64,000 nucleotides of DNA from Octopus sinensis (GCF_006345805.1 NC_042998.1:89280001-89344000), one strand, 5' to 3'; counted from the stretch's first letter, positions 26,756 to 41,158 are shown. Notes: generated by a model not told the origin, from the sequence alone. Numbers and translations: made by a program.

Positions 26756-27688
26756 TGTGTGTGTACATATAATATATATTCTAATTGAATAAGGAAAACA
26801 CGTTCATTATAGATACAAACAGCAACTAAATACCATATAATAACACAACAGAAAGAGAACACCCAATTTAATCCCGAAAAACGACCAGAGCCAACAGATA
26901 TAATTCATGTAACAGGTTTCCTCGGGTATTCGAAACCCCAACTCCAAATTACTATAAAATATACACATTCTAAAATACCAGTTGCTGACGTCACTTCAGA
27001 CAAAATCCATGAAATTATTCTCTGGTCGGAACAGGACTCTCAGAAAAGAAAACAAATAGTGACTTCTTAAGGGAGCCAACCGGAACACTAGATGACCATC
27101 AGGCAAAAACAAGTCACCGAATCCCTACCAGGAAGTCAACCATGCAGAACGCTGAACTTTGTCAAAACAAAAGTATTTTGTCGGAAACGGAAAGTATTTT
27201 TGATCAAAATAGTGTCGTCACGAAGCCCACAGTCGATCAGAACTTCTTCCTTGACCGTGGTCAACAAGAAAAAGATGTCACCAGAAAACTAACCAACCAA
27301 AATGCTAGACTTTACCAAAACAAAAATATTTTGACCAAAACATCCACGAGAAAAAGAAAAAGACGTCATCAAAATTATAATCAATCAATTGGAACCCTTT
27401 CCGTAGAAACCTATACATGCTAAAAGATTTGAACTTATAGCACTTCGAAAAAGCTGAGAAGGTGAAGAGACTAACGTACTGAGACTAAAATTGAAAGCAA
27501 AAACTATCCGCGCCACGACAGAAATTGTAAATAAAATATTTTCTTTCGCTCCACTTTTTTTCTCTTTCTTCGCTTTTTTTATTATAAAATCTCAATATGA
27601 CTGAACTTGCAATAAAGCACATTTGCTACGATTTTCACTGATAATCTACATTCATATTACTGTCTATCACTGTCATACACACACATGT

Positions 27689-27733
<45 letters not shown>

Positions 27734-27778
27734 TTATTATTGTGTACAGTGGAAATAATTGTTCATCTCTCGGGGATC

Positions 27779-27813
<35 letters not shown>

Positions 27814-27868
27814 CTTTATATAATTAGGGTTTAACACTGCTTGGTAAAATTATTAATTACTCTCTCTC

Positions 27869-27938
<70 letters not shown>

Positions 27939-28120
27939 AAAAAATTCAATAACTAAAGCAGTGGGGAGAAATATCTACAGTGATGGGTATGTAATCGTGA
28001 ATTAAACTATGTATAGAGATCAAAGTTGGTCATGCGTGCATTTTAGACCTGCTCTGTACTTTTCGATGAATAAATTTTCTTTATTTAAACGTTCTTGTAA
28101 AGAAATTGTATCTTTGCACT

Positions 28121-28153
<33 letters not shown>

Positions 28154-28239
28154 CATATCTTTTACTTTTTAATATTTATATATATTTCTTAATTACACTT
28201 GCAAATCACGTATCGTACCTTTTTTCTCTTTTATGAATG

Positions 28240-28935
28240 AGCAACTCCCCGTCGGTCCCCGGGGTGATATTTAATCACTTTATAGTGTGAGTGTCGGTTT
28301 GGTGTCTGGAACTGGATAGCTTACCTCATGGGCAGGTAGAAGCTCTTTAACCTTGGTTAGTAATCTACCTAGGAGAAGGAAATCTCCGAAATAAAACCTG
28401 ACGCCTTGGAAATTCCTGATTTTGTCAATTTTCCTGTCACACCTGCGAAAGTCTTCATGGGCCAATAGGTTGGGGTAGTGCAGTGCAACCTACACCCACT
28501 GAAAATGTCTTAAACAGATTCAGTAAATGGCAAAAAAGGTTTGGGAACGTCAGGGGAACAGGTCTAGCTCGGCACGTGTCCCCGTGTGTCACAGGCTGGA
28601 CCCATTCATCATCAAGCCACTGTGGTCAAACAATCTTCAAGAAAAAGTAAAAATAAGCATCCTTTGAATTTCGGTTGTTGGAATGTACACACACTTCTCG
28701 ATGATAATTTCAACAAGAGGCCAAGTGAGCTCAAGAAATATTCCCTTGATATAGCTGCGCTCTCTGAAACTCGTCTCTCTGATGAGGATCAAGTAAATGA
28801 ACCTACTTATGGATATTCTATCTTTTGGAGAGGCCTACATAAGAGTCAGCGTAGAGAATCTAGTGTTGGGTTGGCTCTCAAGAATACATTAGTATCATCC
28901 TTTGCGGAGCTTCTGAGTGGTATATCTGAACGGAT
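28240..28935 (+). mobile_element. RTE-clade LINE 5' UTR and N-terminal APE endonuclease fragment
   Basis: LNFGCWNVHTLLD..DIAALSETRL..GYSIFWRG..ESSVGLALK..GISERI. UTR motif CTAGGAGAAGG..CTCCGA.ATAAAACCTG is shared with 63055-63103. Confidence 0.85.
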
Positions 28936-29223
28936 CATTACTGACATCATCAAGCACAGTAACATAAGGATCTTTGCAGATGATTCCAAGGTCCAGAAGG
29001 TCATCAATGAAGTGGGTGACCGGGCATGCCTTCAGTCAGATCTGCTGTCTGTCATCCAATGGGCGGAAAAGAATAATATATGCTGCGGAACGAGGAAAAG
29101 TTTGATTTAATCCGTTTCGGAAAAGAGGATACCCTGAAACTGCCATACGTCCTTCAAAAGTCCCGGATAAACCTCCTACACCCGGATATACCTCCGAAAT
29201 ATACTAGCCGAAACCTATCAAAG
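28936..29223 (+). mobile_element. CR1-type LINE RT fragment and 3' tail
   Basis: IRIFADDSKV..LQSDLLSVIQWAEKNN..NEEKFDLIRFGKE is similar to the CR1 at 57300-57470. Ends in GCCGAAACCTATCAAAG. Confidence 0.8.
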
Positions 29224-29233
29224 TATATATTTA

Positions 29234-29306
<73 letters not shown>

Positions 29307-29434
29307 AAGTGATGGTTTGTTGCCAACTTAATGTAGTAGTCCCAGTAAAGGGAACAATGCTACTGCTATTTAGCCCCAGGAAACACCGTTTCCAGTTGGC
29401 TATGTGACATGTATATACATATATACATATACAT

Positions 29435-29532
<98 letters not shown>

Positions 29533-29548
29533 TGTGTGTGTGTATATG

Positions 29549-29579
<31 letters not shown>

Positions 29580-29894
29580 TATATGCATAGGAAAGTTAGA
29601 GCAAGAGCGTACACTTTTCATCAAAAATATAATTGATGTTGAGTATGTATACAATACATATTCACCCATTTTGGTTGTCACTCATTAAAATATTAGATTT
29701 CTATTAAAACCCGATTCATTATTTTCATTCATTTTTTTTTCATTTATATATATCTGTCATGCACTTCATGCCTTGCATTCATGCCTGGAAACGCCTCTGA
29801 TATTTATCTTTTTGTTTGCCTATCTTTCTATCTATCTATCTTAGTACAGACACATATGTGTGTGAATGTATGTATATTACATATTATATATATT

Positions 29895-29981
<87 letters not shown>

Positions 29982-30225
29982 ATAATATAATATAATATAA
30001 TATATAATATAATATAATATATTGTGCATAATATATATATATATGTGTGTGTATATATATGTTCATGCATACATACAAACATATACATGTACACACTCGC
30101 ATAGTTATGAATGCTTACCCATATATGTACGTATATACATACAAATATACATACACAGATACATATACCCACATACATGCATAACGCATACACACGAATA
30201 TACGTATATGAGTGTATGAATTCGT

Positions 30226-30278
<53 letters not shown>

Positions 30279-30790
30279 TGTGTGTGCATGCGTACGTGAG
30301 TGTGTTTAAAATCGATTGAGAAAGCCAAAATAATGCTATAATACAAAGCGGAAATGAAGAAATTAAAGATTAAAAACAAAATGATATAAATTTTACACCT
30401 TTAAAGAGTATTTTAATATTTAATCTTTGAAAAAGTGTCTTGAACAAGATGGCAATCAGGCTTAGCACTGATATGTGCAGGTAACAGAGATAAGGCGAGC
30501 GTGAGCACTGTTAAATCACCTACTTACCAGCGTACGCATTTCCAATATTCTGTTCTTTTGCTATAACTGGGACCGTCACATCACACTCACCATCAAACCA
30601 ACTGAACGTTATATCTGAAATTTCAGTTTTAAGGTCATTTTAATTACATAATTAAAAACCGCCATCAACAACAAACCAGATATATACGATAATAGCTAAT
30701 TAAATTAACACTGCAAGTATACCTAAGTTGTATGCCTATGTATGTATGCATGCACGTATGTATGTATGTATGTACGTATGTACATGTATG

Positions 30791-30822
<32 letters not shown>

Positions 30823-30837
30823 TGTATGTATGTATGT

Positions 30838-31180
30838 CTTTTATTCTTTACTTTTTACTTGTTTCAGTCATTAGACTGCAGCTATGAAGAGGCAGTGCTT
30901 TGAAAAAGCTTTGTCGAACGAATTGCTCCCAGTACTGATTTTTTGAATGCCTGGCACTAATTCTATCGGTATCTTTTGCTGAACAGCAAAGTTATGCGAC
31001 GTAAACACACCAAAACTGTATATCAAGTGGTTGTGTCGTATGAAAACAATCACAGTTGCGCGTACGCACACACATACATACATATTTATATATGGTAGAT
31101 TTTATTCAGTTTCCATTTCCCAAATCCACCCACAAGAATTTGGTCGACCCGGAGTTATAATAGAAGTTACATTCCCAAGT
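30838..31180 (-). mobile_element. SINE family A, decayed, lacking tRNA head
   Basis: TTTTACTTGTTTCAGTCATT..CAAATCCAC..TTTGGTCGACCCG matches family A. Confidence 0.75.
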
Positions 31181-31791
31181 TACTACATACAAACAAATAT
31201 ACATACATACATGCATACATACATACATACATACATACATACATACATGTAGATATAGATATGATCGTTCATACATTAATTTGTTTCCTTCCCACGGTTA
31301 TACACTTTCCACTGTTTTATCTTAGCACTGCTTTGGTTTTGCTTGAATTTTTATTCTTTACATATTTCATTTTTTAGAAATACCACTTCGTCATTTCGTT
31401 GTTTCAGTTTCGCGTTTCTTTTTTTAGTTTCTTTCGATGATACTTTATTTCACTTCTAAGATTGATTTGCACGCTAAAGTTTGATATATATTTTTAAATG
31501 TCAAACCAAATTAAAAAAAAAAAAGCCAATTTCTATAGAAATGAAAATTAAAATACTAAATAAACTTTAGAATAGAAAGGACTCAACAGAAGCTGTGAAA
31601 CAGTTGAAATTTATTGAAACAAATTTAAGAAAAAATTAATAAAACCTCCTCAGAAAATAAAATAGACAATTCAATAAGTTCGAAACACGCACTATACATA
31701 CGTAGTAACATTATAAAACACAGGAAGAAAGGTTTATAATTTTGGATAAGGGATGAGAAAACTCAGGAGTTCTGCTTATAAAAAAGCTATA

Positions 31792-33446
31792 CCGTAATCC
31801 GGGTTGAATAGAGACTAAGGGGGTAAATAGGGACAATAACCGGGAAAAAATATTTTAGAACAATAAAGTTGAGATGACTCAAATTTTGCTCGTTTCTTTC
31901 TAGTTATTTTGTAGGTACATATATATGCCTTTCGTTCAATGAGATCACTTTGATATTATCACCCTGCCGGTAGCCATGGCAACCGAATTCCCAGTTTCGT
32001 TTTTGTGACAAAAAGGTAAAGTTGTCGGAACCTTCTTTCTGCAGGAGAGGTTGTACCAGCGAGGGTGCTCCGACCCGCTCAGTCTCTTGCAGCAGGTTTT
32101 AAACACACAGTGCACGTGTCTGATTTCCCGGAAAATCCATTGTTATCCTTACCACCGCTTATTTCTGCTTTCACCCCTATTTTGGTGCTTTGTAGGGGTG
32201 AATAGGGACACCATGCTGTGACAGTACAAACCAGTTCCTGGGAAGAAAAAATACGCCAAAATAGATCCTGAGCAGCTAGACGCCACCAAAAGAGCTGTCG
32301 CCAACGGAATGACACCCAGAAAAGCAGAAGAGGACTTCAAAATTCCTAAGAGTGTTCTTCATCGGCACATCAAGTTGGGGAAAAATATCAAGAAACATGG
32401 TGGACAGACTGTTTTGTTTTCAGGTGAGGAGAAAATTCTTGTACAAAGGCTCGTGCTGTGTGCCTCTTGGGGCTATCCGATGGACTCCTATGATGTGCGA
32501 CTGATCGTTAAAGGATACATGGATCGCCGAGGTGTCGATGTGAAAAGATTCAAAGGGAATATGCCTGGTGTAGATTGGGCTGAGTCATTTCTAATGAGAC
32601 ATAAAGACAATTTAAGAGAACGAATAAGCCAAAATATCAATCGAGCACAAGCCACCGTCTCTCAACCTACAATAAACTCGTATTTCAACAATTTAGCTGA
32701 GAGCTTAGATGGTACACATGCACCAAATATTGTGAACTACGATGAAACAAACCTAACGGACGACCCGGGACGAAAAGAAGTCATCACCAAACGAGGTACA
32801 AAATATCCAGAAATATCCACCTCTAAAGTATCTACTTCTTTGATATACGCCGCCGCGGCTGATGGTATTCTTATCCCTCCTTACATTGTGTACAAGGCTG
32901 TTAACCTGTACGACACATGGACATTCGGTGGGCCAAATGGTGCCCGATACAACAGAAGTAAGTCGGGCTGGTTTGATCTTCAAAGTTTCAGTGACTGGTT
33001 TACAACCATAGCCTTACCTTATCTGAAAAAACTGGCAGGAAAACAAGTTTTGATTGGCGACACTCTAAATTCACATTTGTCCTTAGAAGTGATAAAAACC
33101 TGTAAGGAGAACGATATATCCTTCATATTTCTGCCACTAAATTCGACACAGCTTTTTTAATTCTGCCAATAATCTGTTCACATCGTATCCCTTTGTTTAC
33201 CTGTAGTTTTTTATTTGTCCGTATTTACCCTGCAGCTAGTTGAATAGGTACAGTAGTGTGCTGTAGATAACAGATATTTTTATTTTTAAAAATGGGTGTA
33301 CCAACGAATTTTGATAAAGTTTCAATGTGCGTCGGTAGGTTACCTGTAGGGACATAGGTCAGTAAATTAATCAGTAAATGCTATTGCAGTCGCTTAGTGA
33401 CATACATTTGAACCTCAAAATTGTCCCTATTCACCACGGATTACGG
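31792..33446 (+). mobile_element. pogo/Tigger-like DNA transposon (1655 bp), internally deleted
   Basis: TIRs CCGTAATCCGGGTTGAATAG / CTATTCACCACGGATTACGG with TA TSD. Internal GGGGTRAATAGGGACA copies at 31819 and 32195. Confidence 0.9.
32213..33160 (+). pseudogene. pogo-like transposase (psq/CENP-B HTH + DDE_1), truncated
   Basis: 283-aa ORF with HTH region, NYDET, RSKSGWFD, LIGDTLNSH and FLPLNSTQ, stopping before the expected QPLD. In-frame upstream ATG at 32213 is cut by TGA at codon 3. Confidence 0.88.
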
Positions 33447-34264
33447 TACTTTTATTATATATAGCAACGCTATTTGTAGGGGGGAAAAAACCGAAAGAAT
33501 TTTTAATGAAATGAACATGACAAATCAAATAAAACCTGGATTTTAGGGACAGCAAGGAATGAGTTGAAAACTGATTTTCAGTCAAAGCTTTCTACATAAT
33601 AGCAAACTGCACAGTGAACGTTGATCAAGTGATTAAAATGAACTGCACGAAATTTGTATCACTTTTAACTAAAATACAGTTTTCTGTTCTTTAAGAGAAA
33701 TATTTAATATTTAAAATATTTAAGAAAATGTTGGAGAGAAATTTCATATCAAAAGCAGAAAAATGGTCTATAACAGTCAAAGAAAGCTGCGGCCTAGGAA
33801 AAGTTACACTGAATGTTTTTAGTTGTGCGGTCCACTTGATGATGAGCCAGCCACGTCTCATGCAGCCCACTCCTCGAAAAAAGTTGCCCATGCTTGATGT
33901 AAAGAGTAAATCATATTGTTATTTTTCTGTAACTTGATAGTTTTGGAACTGCAAAGTTACGCGACATAATTGTCAAACGTAAAAAATATAGATTCTGAAA
34001 CCGGTGTAAGAAAAGTACCATAGGTTTACCCACATACGAAAATATGTATATATGCGCGCGCTTATATGTGTGTGTTTGCGTGGGATAATTGTATTTAGTC
34101 TAAGTTCAATAAATGTTTGCTTAGATTTAATTTTTTTAATATTTAAAGCGGTTTACACCAATCTCAATTTGTGCAGTACCAATCTTTACAAGCCAAAGTA
34201 CAACTGTATACCTACATAAAACACACACACTTACGCACACGCACACACATATACATACATGTAT

Positions 34265-34380
34265 ACCATTGTCCAGTTATATTTCAAGATTTCTTACCAA
34301 TAGAGAAAGAAACGGTTTCTCACCTTGATCCAAGGCTCCTTCGTTGGAATTTCAGCATCAACAATACAGTATTTTTGTTC
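34265..34380 (-). mobile_element. Isolated 3' UTR fragment of an R4/Dong-like LINE
   Basis: AGAAAGAAACGGTTTCTCACCTTGATCCAAGGCTCC..TTGGAATT resembles 60880-60935 at the 3' end of the R4/Dong copy. Confidence 0.45.
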
Positions 34381-34491
34381 GTATGTATGTATGTATGTAT
34401 GTATGTATGTATGTATGTATGTATGTATGTATGTATGTATGTATGTATGTATGTATGTATGTATGTATGTATATATGTATGTATGTATGTA

Positions 34492-36267
34492 TAAGTGCAG
34501 ACTTGTACGTTTTGCTTTATGTATTCTCATGCATATAGTTGCTTGTCCAGACATGATCATATATATTTAAATGATAAACTTCTGGAACGTTTTACAGATT
34601 TTTACAGTTCCAATGATGGATTGGATCTGTAGTCTTGAATTAACTTTCTCCTTTCTGGTTTTGAAAAGCCTAATTTCTCAAGATTGGTATTTAGGCAGTG
34701 TGTTACATATCCCAGGGCCCCAATAATTATAGGTATAAACCTGAACTCGTAATCAGGATAGAGTAACTGTAGATTTCTCAATAGTTCAGCGTAGGTATTC
34801 TCTTTTTCACTTACCTTCAGCTTTATGTTAACATCCGCTGGACAGCTAATTTCCACAACTGTACACAGCTTCTCTTCTGATTCCAAATCATTATATCAGC
34901 TCTGTTATGCTTACATTTTATTGAAGTCTTCACTGGGATATTCCACCAGTACTCCTTTTTATTATGTGTGACTATGGCTTCTACCATACTGTGGGTTCTT
35001 AGTTCTTATTTGGGTCTATCCTTTCAATGGATTTCATTATAGAGTGTCCTAGCTACAACATCATGTCTCATCGGTAAATAATACCGTGATGACATTTTTG
35101 AACAACTGCTTATGATGTGGGTGATATCTTCGGTGTTAACCCCACAAAATCTGCATCAGTTGTCATATTTTACTGTTTTTCCAGCATCTCTATCCCTTTT
35201 GTGCATCAGATATTTGGTTCATATTTCCTGTTCCTGGATTCCAAACCCATAACCTTCAAAGCGAGAGGTAATAATCCGGCTATTGGTCCATGATAGACTA
35301 CTTTGATGATCAATGTTACTATTATCTCGCACCTTTCTACTAACATATCCATGCATAATCTTCTGCTCTTATATGCTCATACTTTCATCTGTTGATACGT
35401 TGCGGTAGAGTTGTGTGACTTCTTTGGGCATGTATTTAAGGTTATCAGACAAAGAATGTTGCTCAAGGAGTTACCTTCCATGTCTTACGATGTTATCAGC
35501 CTCATGTATGCAAACTTGGTCAAGGGATGCACTTCGACATCCTGGTGGTTAAAAGATGTTGCCGAAGGGATATGATACGACATTCAAACGCATTTTGGAT
35601 CGAAGTTAAGCCTCTGCCGCCTTGTTTTCGTTTTAGGTAGAAGCGGTCTACGTCACTGTTTATGCGGAAATTATGTGTGCTTATTAGTATTCTTTGGATT
35701 TCCACATCAATGGCTCGGATCTCATCAAGTGTCCAGTCAAGTAGCCCAAATGTTGGTACTGGCACTGAAAAAACACATTGTGGGCCACTGTTTTATTGAA
35801 TGCAGAGAGTTCTGATGTTCAAACTTTCTTTATTCGATTGTAAAATAAAGAAATATGTAATGTTCTGTAGTAACACGTGCTTTGTTAAAGGTGCCATTGT
35901 CAGATATGTTTTCATCCACTCCTATGTACCTGTAACATTCCTCGTCAGATATAGGGGAAACAGTCAAATCCCTGATGGAGATGTTGCTAGTCTGGCTTAT
36001 AGTTTTCCCCCTTTTCACAACCATAGAACAACATTTATCCTGACCAAACTCCAACCCTACATCCTTTCAGAATGTTGTAACTAGGCCAAGGCTCTTTTTA
36101 ATCTCATGCATATTCTTTGCATAAAGTTTCAAGTCATCCACAAAGAAACAGTGTGTAATTCTGTTTCCTTGTGAACCAGTGAAATATTCTTCAGACTTCC
36201 TTAACATGAATGACAAGGGGTTTACAGAAAGTATAAACAACATCACAGAGAGGCTGTCCCCTTGGAA
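34492..36267 (-). mobile_element. 5'-truncated R4/Dong-like RLE LINE
   Basis: FQGDSLS, FVDDLKLY, MEFGQDKC, NSDVDRFYLKRKQGGRGL, CRFCG..EDITHIISSC, RHD, HNRAD, VEISCPAD and PIIIGALG motifs, frameshifted. (CATA)n on both sides. Confidence 0.88.
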
Positions 36268-36317
36268 TTATGTATGTATGTATGTATGTATGTATGTATG
36301 TATGTATGTATGTATGT

Positions 36318-36352
<35 letters not shown>

Positions 36353-38469
36353 CATGTATGTGTGTATGTATATGTAGTATGTGTGCGCTTATATACTTAA
36401 GGGGTGATTCAGCAGAATCCGTAAACCGTCAGATATATTTGCTTACAGTATTTGTCCTGGCTCTCAGTGTTATGAGTTCAAATATTGACGAGGTCAACTT
36501 TGCTTTTTGTCATTTTCAGATAGATAAATGAAATACGAGTCCTGTACTTCGGTTCTTCCCTTTCTTGGAGAAGTTGGCCGTAGCCAAACGTGGAGTGTTA
36601 CGGAATTCAGGCCTAGAAGTATCCAAGACATGTAATATTATAACGGTATCCATACAACTACATCAGAGTAAAGGCCTTAAAAGAAATCATATACGCCCAC
36701 AGATATACAGTACAAACGGCAAAATCTCCATATATAAAGTGTGAAACAGAGAATGGCTGTACAATAGATGAGGAAACGTAAAAGACATTTGTATTTCGTT
36801 TACAGCATTGTCTCGTACGTTGCCAGATAGAATAACCCCAAAATTTCCACATACACATATACACATTCATGCGCTCGCTCGCAAACAAACACACCCACCC
36901 ACACACCCACACACATACACACACACACACACATACGCACACACACACACGCGCGTACGCACGCGCACACTCACACACGCATGCACACAGACACGCTCAA
37001 AACGCAAACACACACAACACATACACATTTTTATTTTGTTGATATTATATCTGATATTTAACTCGTACATACACTGTTATAGTCAGTCTTTATAAGCGTA
37101 TGTTTTCACAAGTATTAATTATTTAGCACTAGAATCTGCCATCTTATATTTGTGGACGGCTGAACGATGTACCTATTTCTCTGTATTTTGTTAAATGTAC
37201 AGTCGGAATAAAAACATTAAAAAATATTTATTTCGTATTAATAGCTACACATGAAACATTGTAAATACCACTCTTACGGGAATTAAAAACTTACGTCATG
37301 ATTGTAGCTCTGGTTGTCAACCTTAGTGACTTGAAGATCTCCAGCTACGTTCTCAAGATTCGAAAAGCAGTGGAGGACTTTTGCGAAGATATATCATTCA
37401 CAATCAAGAGAAATAAAGGCTCTTAGCGTTCAGAATCCCAGTTTTTTTTTAAGATTCATGACATCCCTGACAGTGCAGTTGATTAGGCTATCGCCAAGCA
37501 AGATGGTTATATCCAGTATCTTTAAGTTACACTTTCTTATTGAGTTTCCTGCTCAAAGTACTAAACTCATTATTGTAATCACTTATCTTTCTTGAATATC
37601 TATTCTACATCTGTATTACTATTCCACTTATTTTGGAAGCACCAGATTAGCAGTCAGAAATCTTTTTCTCAGTCACAAGAAATATACATAGTCATAATCG
37701 TAGTTATTATCCATGATCAGAATCATGGTCGCGTTCATAATCATCATTATGATCCTAATGACGATCATAATCATATTTTCATTCACATGTTCTATACGTA
37801 TACTTATGTTAGTTTTCTTATCATCATGACATTGTCCAACAATCAAGGATTTATTTTGATTTTGTTATCACATTTTATGGCTGTTGATGCTGCTTCTGCT
37901 ATCGCTGCTGATGCTACTGATATTGCTGCAGTTACTACTGTTGCTTTTTTTTATTACTCTTTAACAGCTAGCGTCTCAATTAAGTGACGTCACAATGAAT
38001 TTAGTTAATTCTTTCTACAACACGACTTGCGACTTACGGCGAAAACTAAAAATCCAGTTCTTTATTAAAGCTATAAATGGTCTGTGCACTAGAGTTTATA
38101 CAGCTCCTTCGCCTTTCAGTTTGTGGAATAGCAATCAAATAGTAACAAAATCATGAAAAAAGATAAGCATATAGATATACAGACTATTTATCTTTTCTTC
38201 TCATTAGCCTTAATTCTAGAATTTTCATTGATTGTGGTGGCTTTTAGATTTGTTTCTTTATATATTACTCTTTCTCTCCAGAGTGCCTGACATAATGTAA
38301 ATTTGCATTGAATTGTGCCTGGTTTAAATGTTTGCTGTTCTGTGTAGAGGTGATGTTGACATTGGTGACATAACCAGCTCTTTTATCTACACGTAGTGAT
38401 GATGACTAGTGTAGTGGTGGTATGATACGGTTATTATAATTAACACTTTTCCCTTTGGCCAATCTCTGA

Positions 38470-38880
38470 TCAACTTCTACAAGTTTCACTTGAAAAGGAA
38501 AATAAGGGTAGAGAGGGGTGTATTTTCTTCAAGCCAATTTGCTGAAAGGTGGATGAAGGTGGCGAGAAAGGTGTGGGTAAACGGACCTGCTCTGAACATG
38601 CGCCTGTAGTTGGAAAAAAAGGAAATGGGAAAATGGCACATGCCCCAACAGTCAGGGTACCTGTGGTTTTTATAGGATTTTTTCCATAGGCAGCCCTCTA
38701 ACGTCTCCTCCCTATTGAGGATCACACATTGTTGATTTTTAAAATTTTGTTAGTCCTGTTTACACGCAAAATCCTCACAGCAACACACACTCACGCATAC
38801 ACACACACATTCTTTGTTTTGTCATGTACTGTCCATAATTCTTTTCCTTATGTAAACCCTTGTGGTTAATAAAGAAACCA
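38470..38880 (+). mobile_element. L1/Tx1 LINE 3' fragment
   Basis: TTTCACTTGAAAAGGAAAATAAGGGTAGAGAGG..GAAAGGTGGATGAA matches 47205-47280. Ends AATAAAGAAA followed by (ATC/ATT)n. Confidence 0.75.
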
Positions 38881-38909
38881 CCATCATCATCATTAACATC
38901 ATCATTATA

Positions 38910-38946
<37 letters not shown>

Positions 38947-38999
38947 TATTATTATTATTAAAATTATTATCATCATCATCATTATTATTATTATTATTA

Positions 39000-39034
<35 letters not shown>

Positions 39035-39096
39035 TATTATTAAAATAATTATCATTATTATTATTATTATTATTATTATTTATTATTATTATTATA

Positions 39097-39131
<35 letters not shown>

Positions 39132-39660
39132 TATTATTTTAATTTTATTTTTATTTTTATTATTATTATTATAACCGTCAGCCTGTGAAGTCATACACGT
39201 TGGACCTCCGTCATTTATAAGTGTTTAATCGAGCACTTCGGCTGATTGCAGCCCGTTTATTCGAAATTTTATTTAACAAGTATTTTGCTTACATTGTCCA
39301 GATCGTGGTGGTAACATTTTATGTAATTGCACCCATCAGTAGCAAATGCAAAAGCACCGGCAGCAATGATAATGACGACGACTACAGCAGTAGCAGTACC
39401 ACCACCACCACCACCACCACCGTCGCCATCACCTACGCCCATCACCACAAACAGCAGAAACAACAACAATAACAGCAACTGTACCAACAACATTAGCAAC
39501 AAGATGAATAAGATCGAAAAAAGAAAACATGAACAAGATGGAAAACAACAACAGCAGTGATAACTATGTGGAACATAGCAACATCATTGACGACGACGAT
39601 ACCACCACCATCACCACCACCACCAACAACAACAACAGCAGTAGAAGTAGCAATAATAAG
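38880..39660. repeat. (ATT)n tract and mixed CAG/CAC/AAC low-complexity tract
   Basis: Directly visible. Confidence 0.85.
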
Positions 39661-39799
39661 ACAATGAACCCCAGCAAAGCTACTTCTTTTTCTAAAGTCA
39701 TTAGCAATTGAACTCTTTAAAAAATAAGGCCCTTAAATACATGAGTGACATTATAAAACCAGATGTTATGTGCCTTAGTAAGAAGGAGAAAAGAAGGAG

Positions 39800-41158
39800 A
39801 CGGTCGGCTCCATTCTAGAACATGCGTCGGTTGCAGGGGCTAAAATCAATGCTGAGAAGTCGGTGGGCTTGCGACTGGGCACATGGAGAGGCAGGGCGAT
39901 GCCACCAGACGGTGTCGTCAGACGTTGGACTGACGGACCACTTAAACTGCTCGAGGTCTGGTTTGGTCCTGACCCCTAGGTGGATAAGAACTGGGATGAG
40001 GTGGCGAACAGGGTGGCCAGGCTTACCTAGAAATGGGCTGAGAAAAAGCAGTCCTTGAAAGGTCGGGCAGAGGTGGCGAATGCCTACATCGCCTCCGCTA
40101 TCATTTAACGTCTGACCGGTGTACCTTCCCCAGTGACTGCATGATCAATTTGGAGCGTCACTTGTTCATGTTCTTGTGGAAGGGGCGCGTTCCAATGGTC
40201 AAGCGGTCAATCTGCTGTCAGCTCCCTCTAAATGGCGGCTTAGGCATGCAGTGGCTTTTGATGCGCAGACATGCGTTCAAGTTGCGCTACTTGCAACAAT
40301 TTCTAGGAGGTGAACGTGTGCGGGCTCCGTTTGTGACGCACGAATTTCTGCAACTCGTCTCTTTGACAAGAGCTGCAGTCCTAGATAAAGGATAGACCAA
40401 GACTGGGCGCCTGGCACTTAGAATGTCGTCAGGCGCTCACTGTCCGATACCAGTCGGGCAATAGTAGCGGTATATTTTCGGCTTTCACTATTTATAGAGA
40501 ATTAGTGTCGAGAAAATGCGACGACATCCTTGGGGAGACTCTGGGCATTGACAAGGATGAACTGACTAGTCTGTTTCGGAGGACTTCCGGTCGGGGACTA
40601 TTACAGATAATTTCCAGATGTCTTTAGCTTGGCAGTGCTACCGGGGCGGGGGGCGCTACCGGTTCGAAATAAACTCTACAGACACGGGTGTGTAGTCAGA
40701 CGGCATTGTCCGAGGTGCGTACGGAGCGACGAAACCGTTCTGCATACCTCTTTGGTAAAGCCATCGTCGACTTTTTCACTTGAAAAGGAAAGTGAAGGAG
40801 GAGAGAGAGGTGCTCTCCTCGAGTGAACTTATGAAAAGGTGGGTGAAAGTTGCGAAAATGACAAGAATGGATGGTACCACTCTGTCTTGAACTGTGAGTT
40901 GGAGGAAAGGAGCCGCAAAAGGTATTTGTCCATGGTATTCATGGTGGGGTTCCTCGATCATCCCTAGTGGTCCTTTTGTATCAGAAGCCCCACTCGACCA
41001 TCATCACAATTTTTTTTCCTTATTGCTACTTCACCTTTTTTAATGTGTACTGTATATAATTCTTCTTTTTTTATCATTCTATTAAATATAAAATCCAACA
41101 CTTTATGTCTGTCTTTGTATTGTCCCCTCATACTTCACCCTGGCGGCAAATAAAAGAA
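39800..41158 (+). mobile_element. L1/Tx1 LINE 3' fragment (post-RT and zinc-binding region)
   Basis: LERHLFMFLWKGRVPMVKRSICC..NGGLGM, ALPVR..CPRC..DETVLH. Colinear with 46100-47560. Confidence 0.85.

Noticed and set aside
33840-33900. hAT-like TIR end (..AAGTTGCCCATGCTTG)
   Set aside because: No matching second TIR or 8-bp TSD found.
39327-39711. Poly-Pro/Gln/Asn ORFs resembling a transcription-factor exon
   Set aside because: Mixed trinucleotide low-complexity tract with stops in each frame and no recognisable domain.
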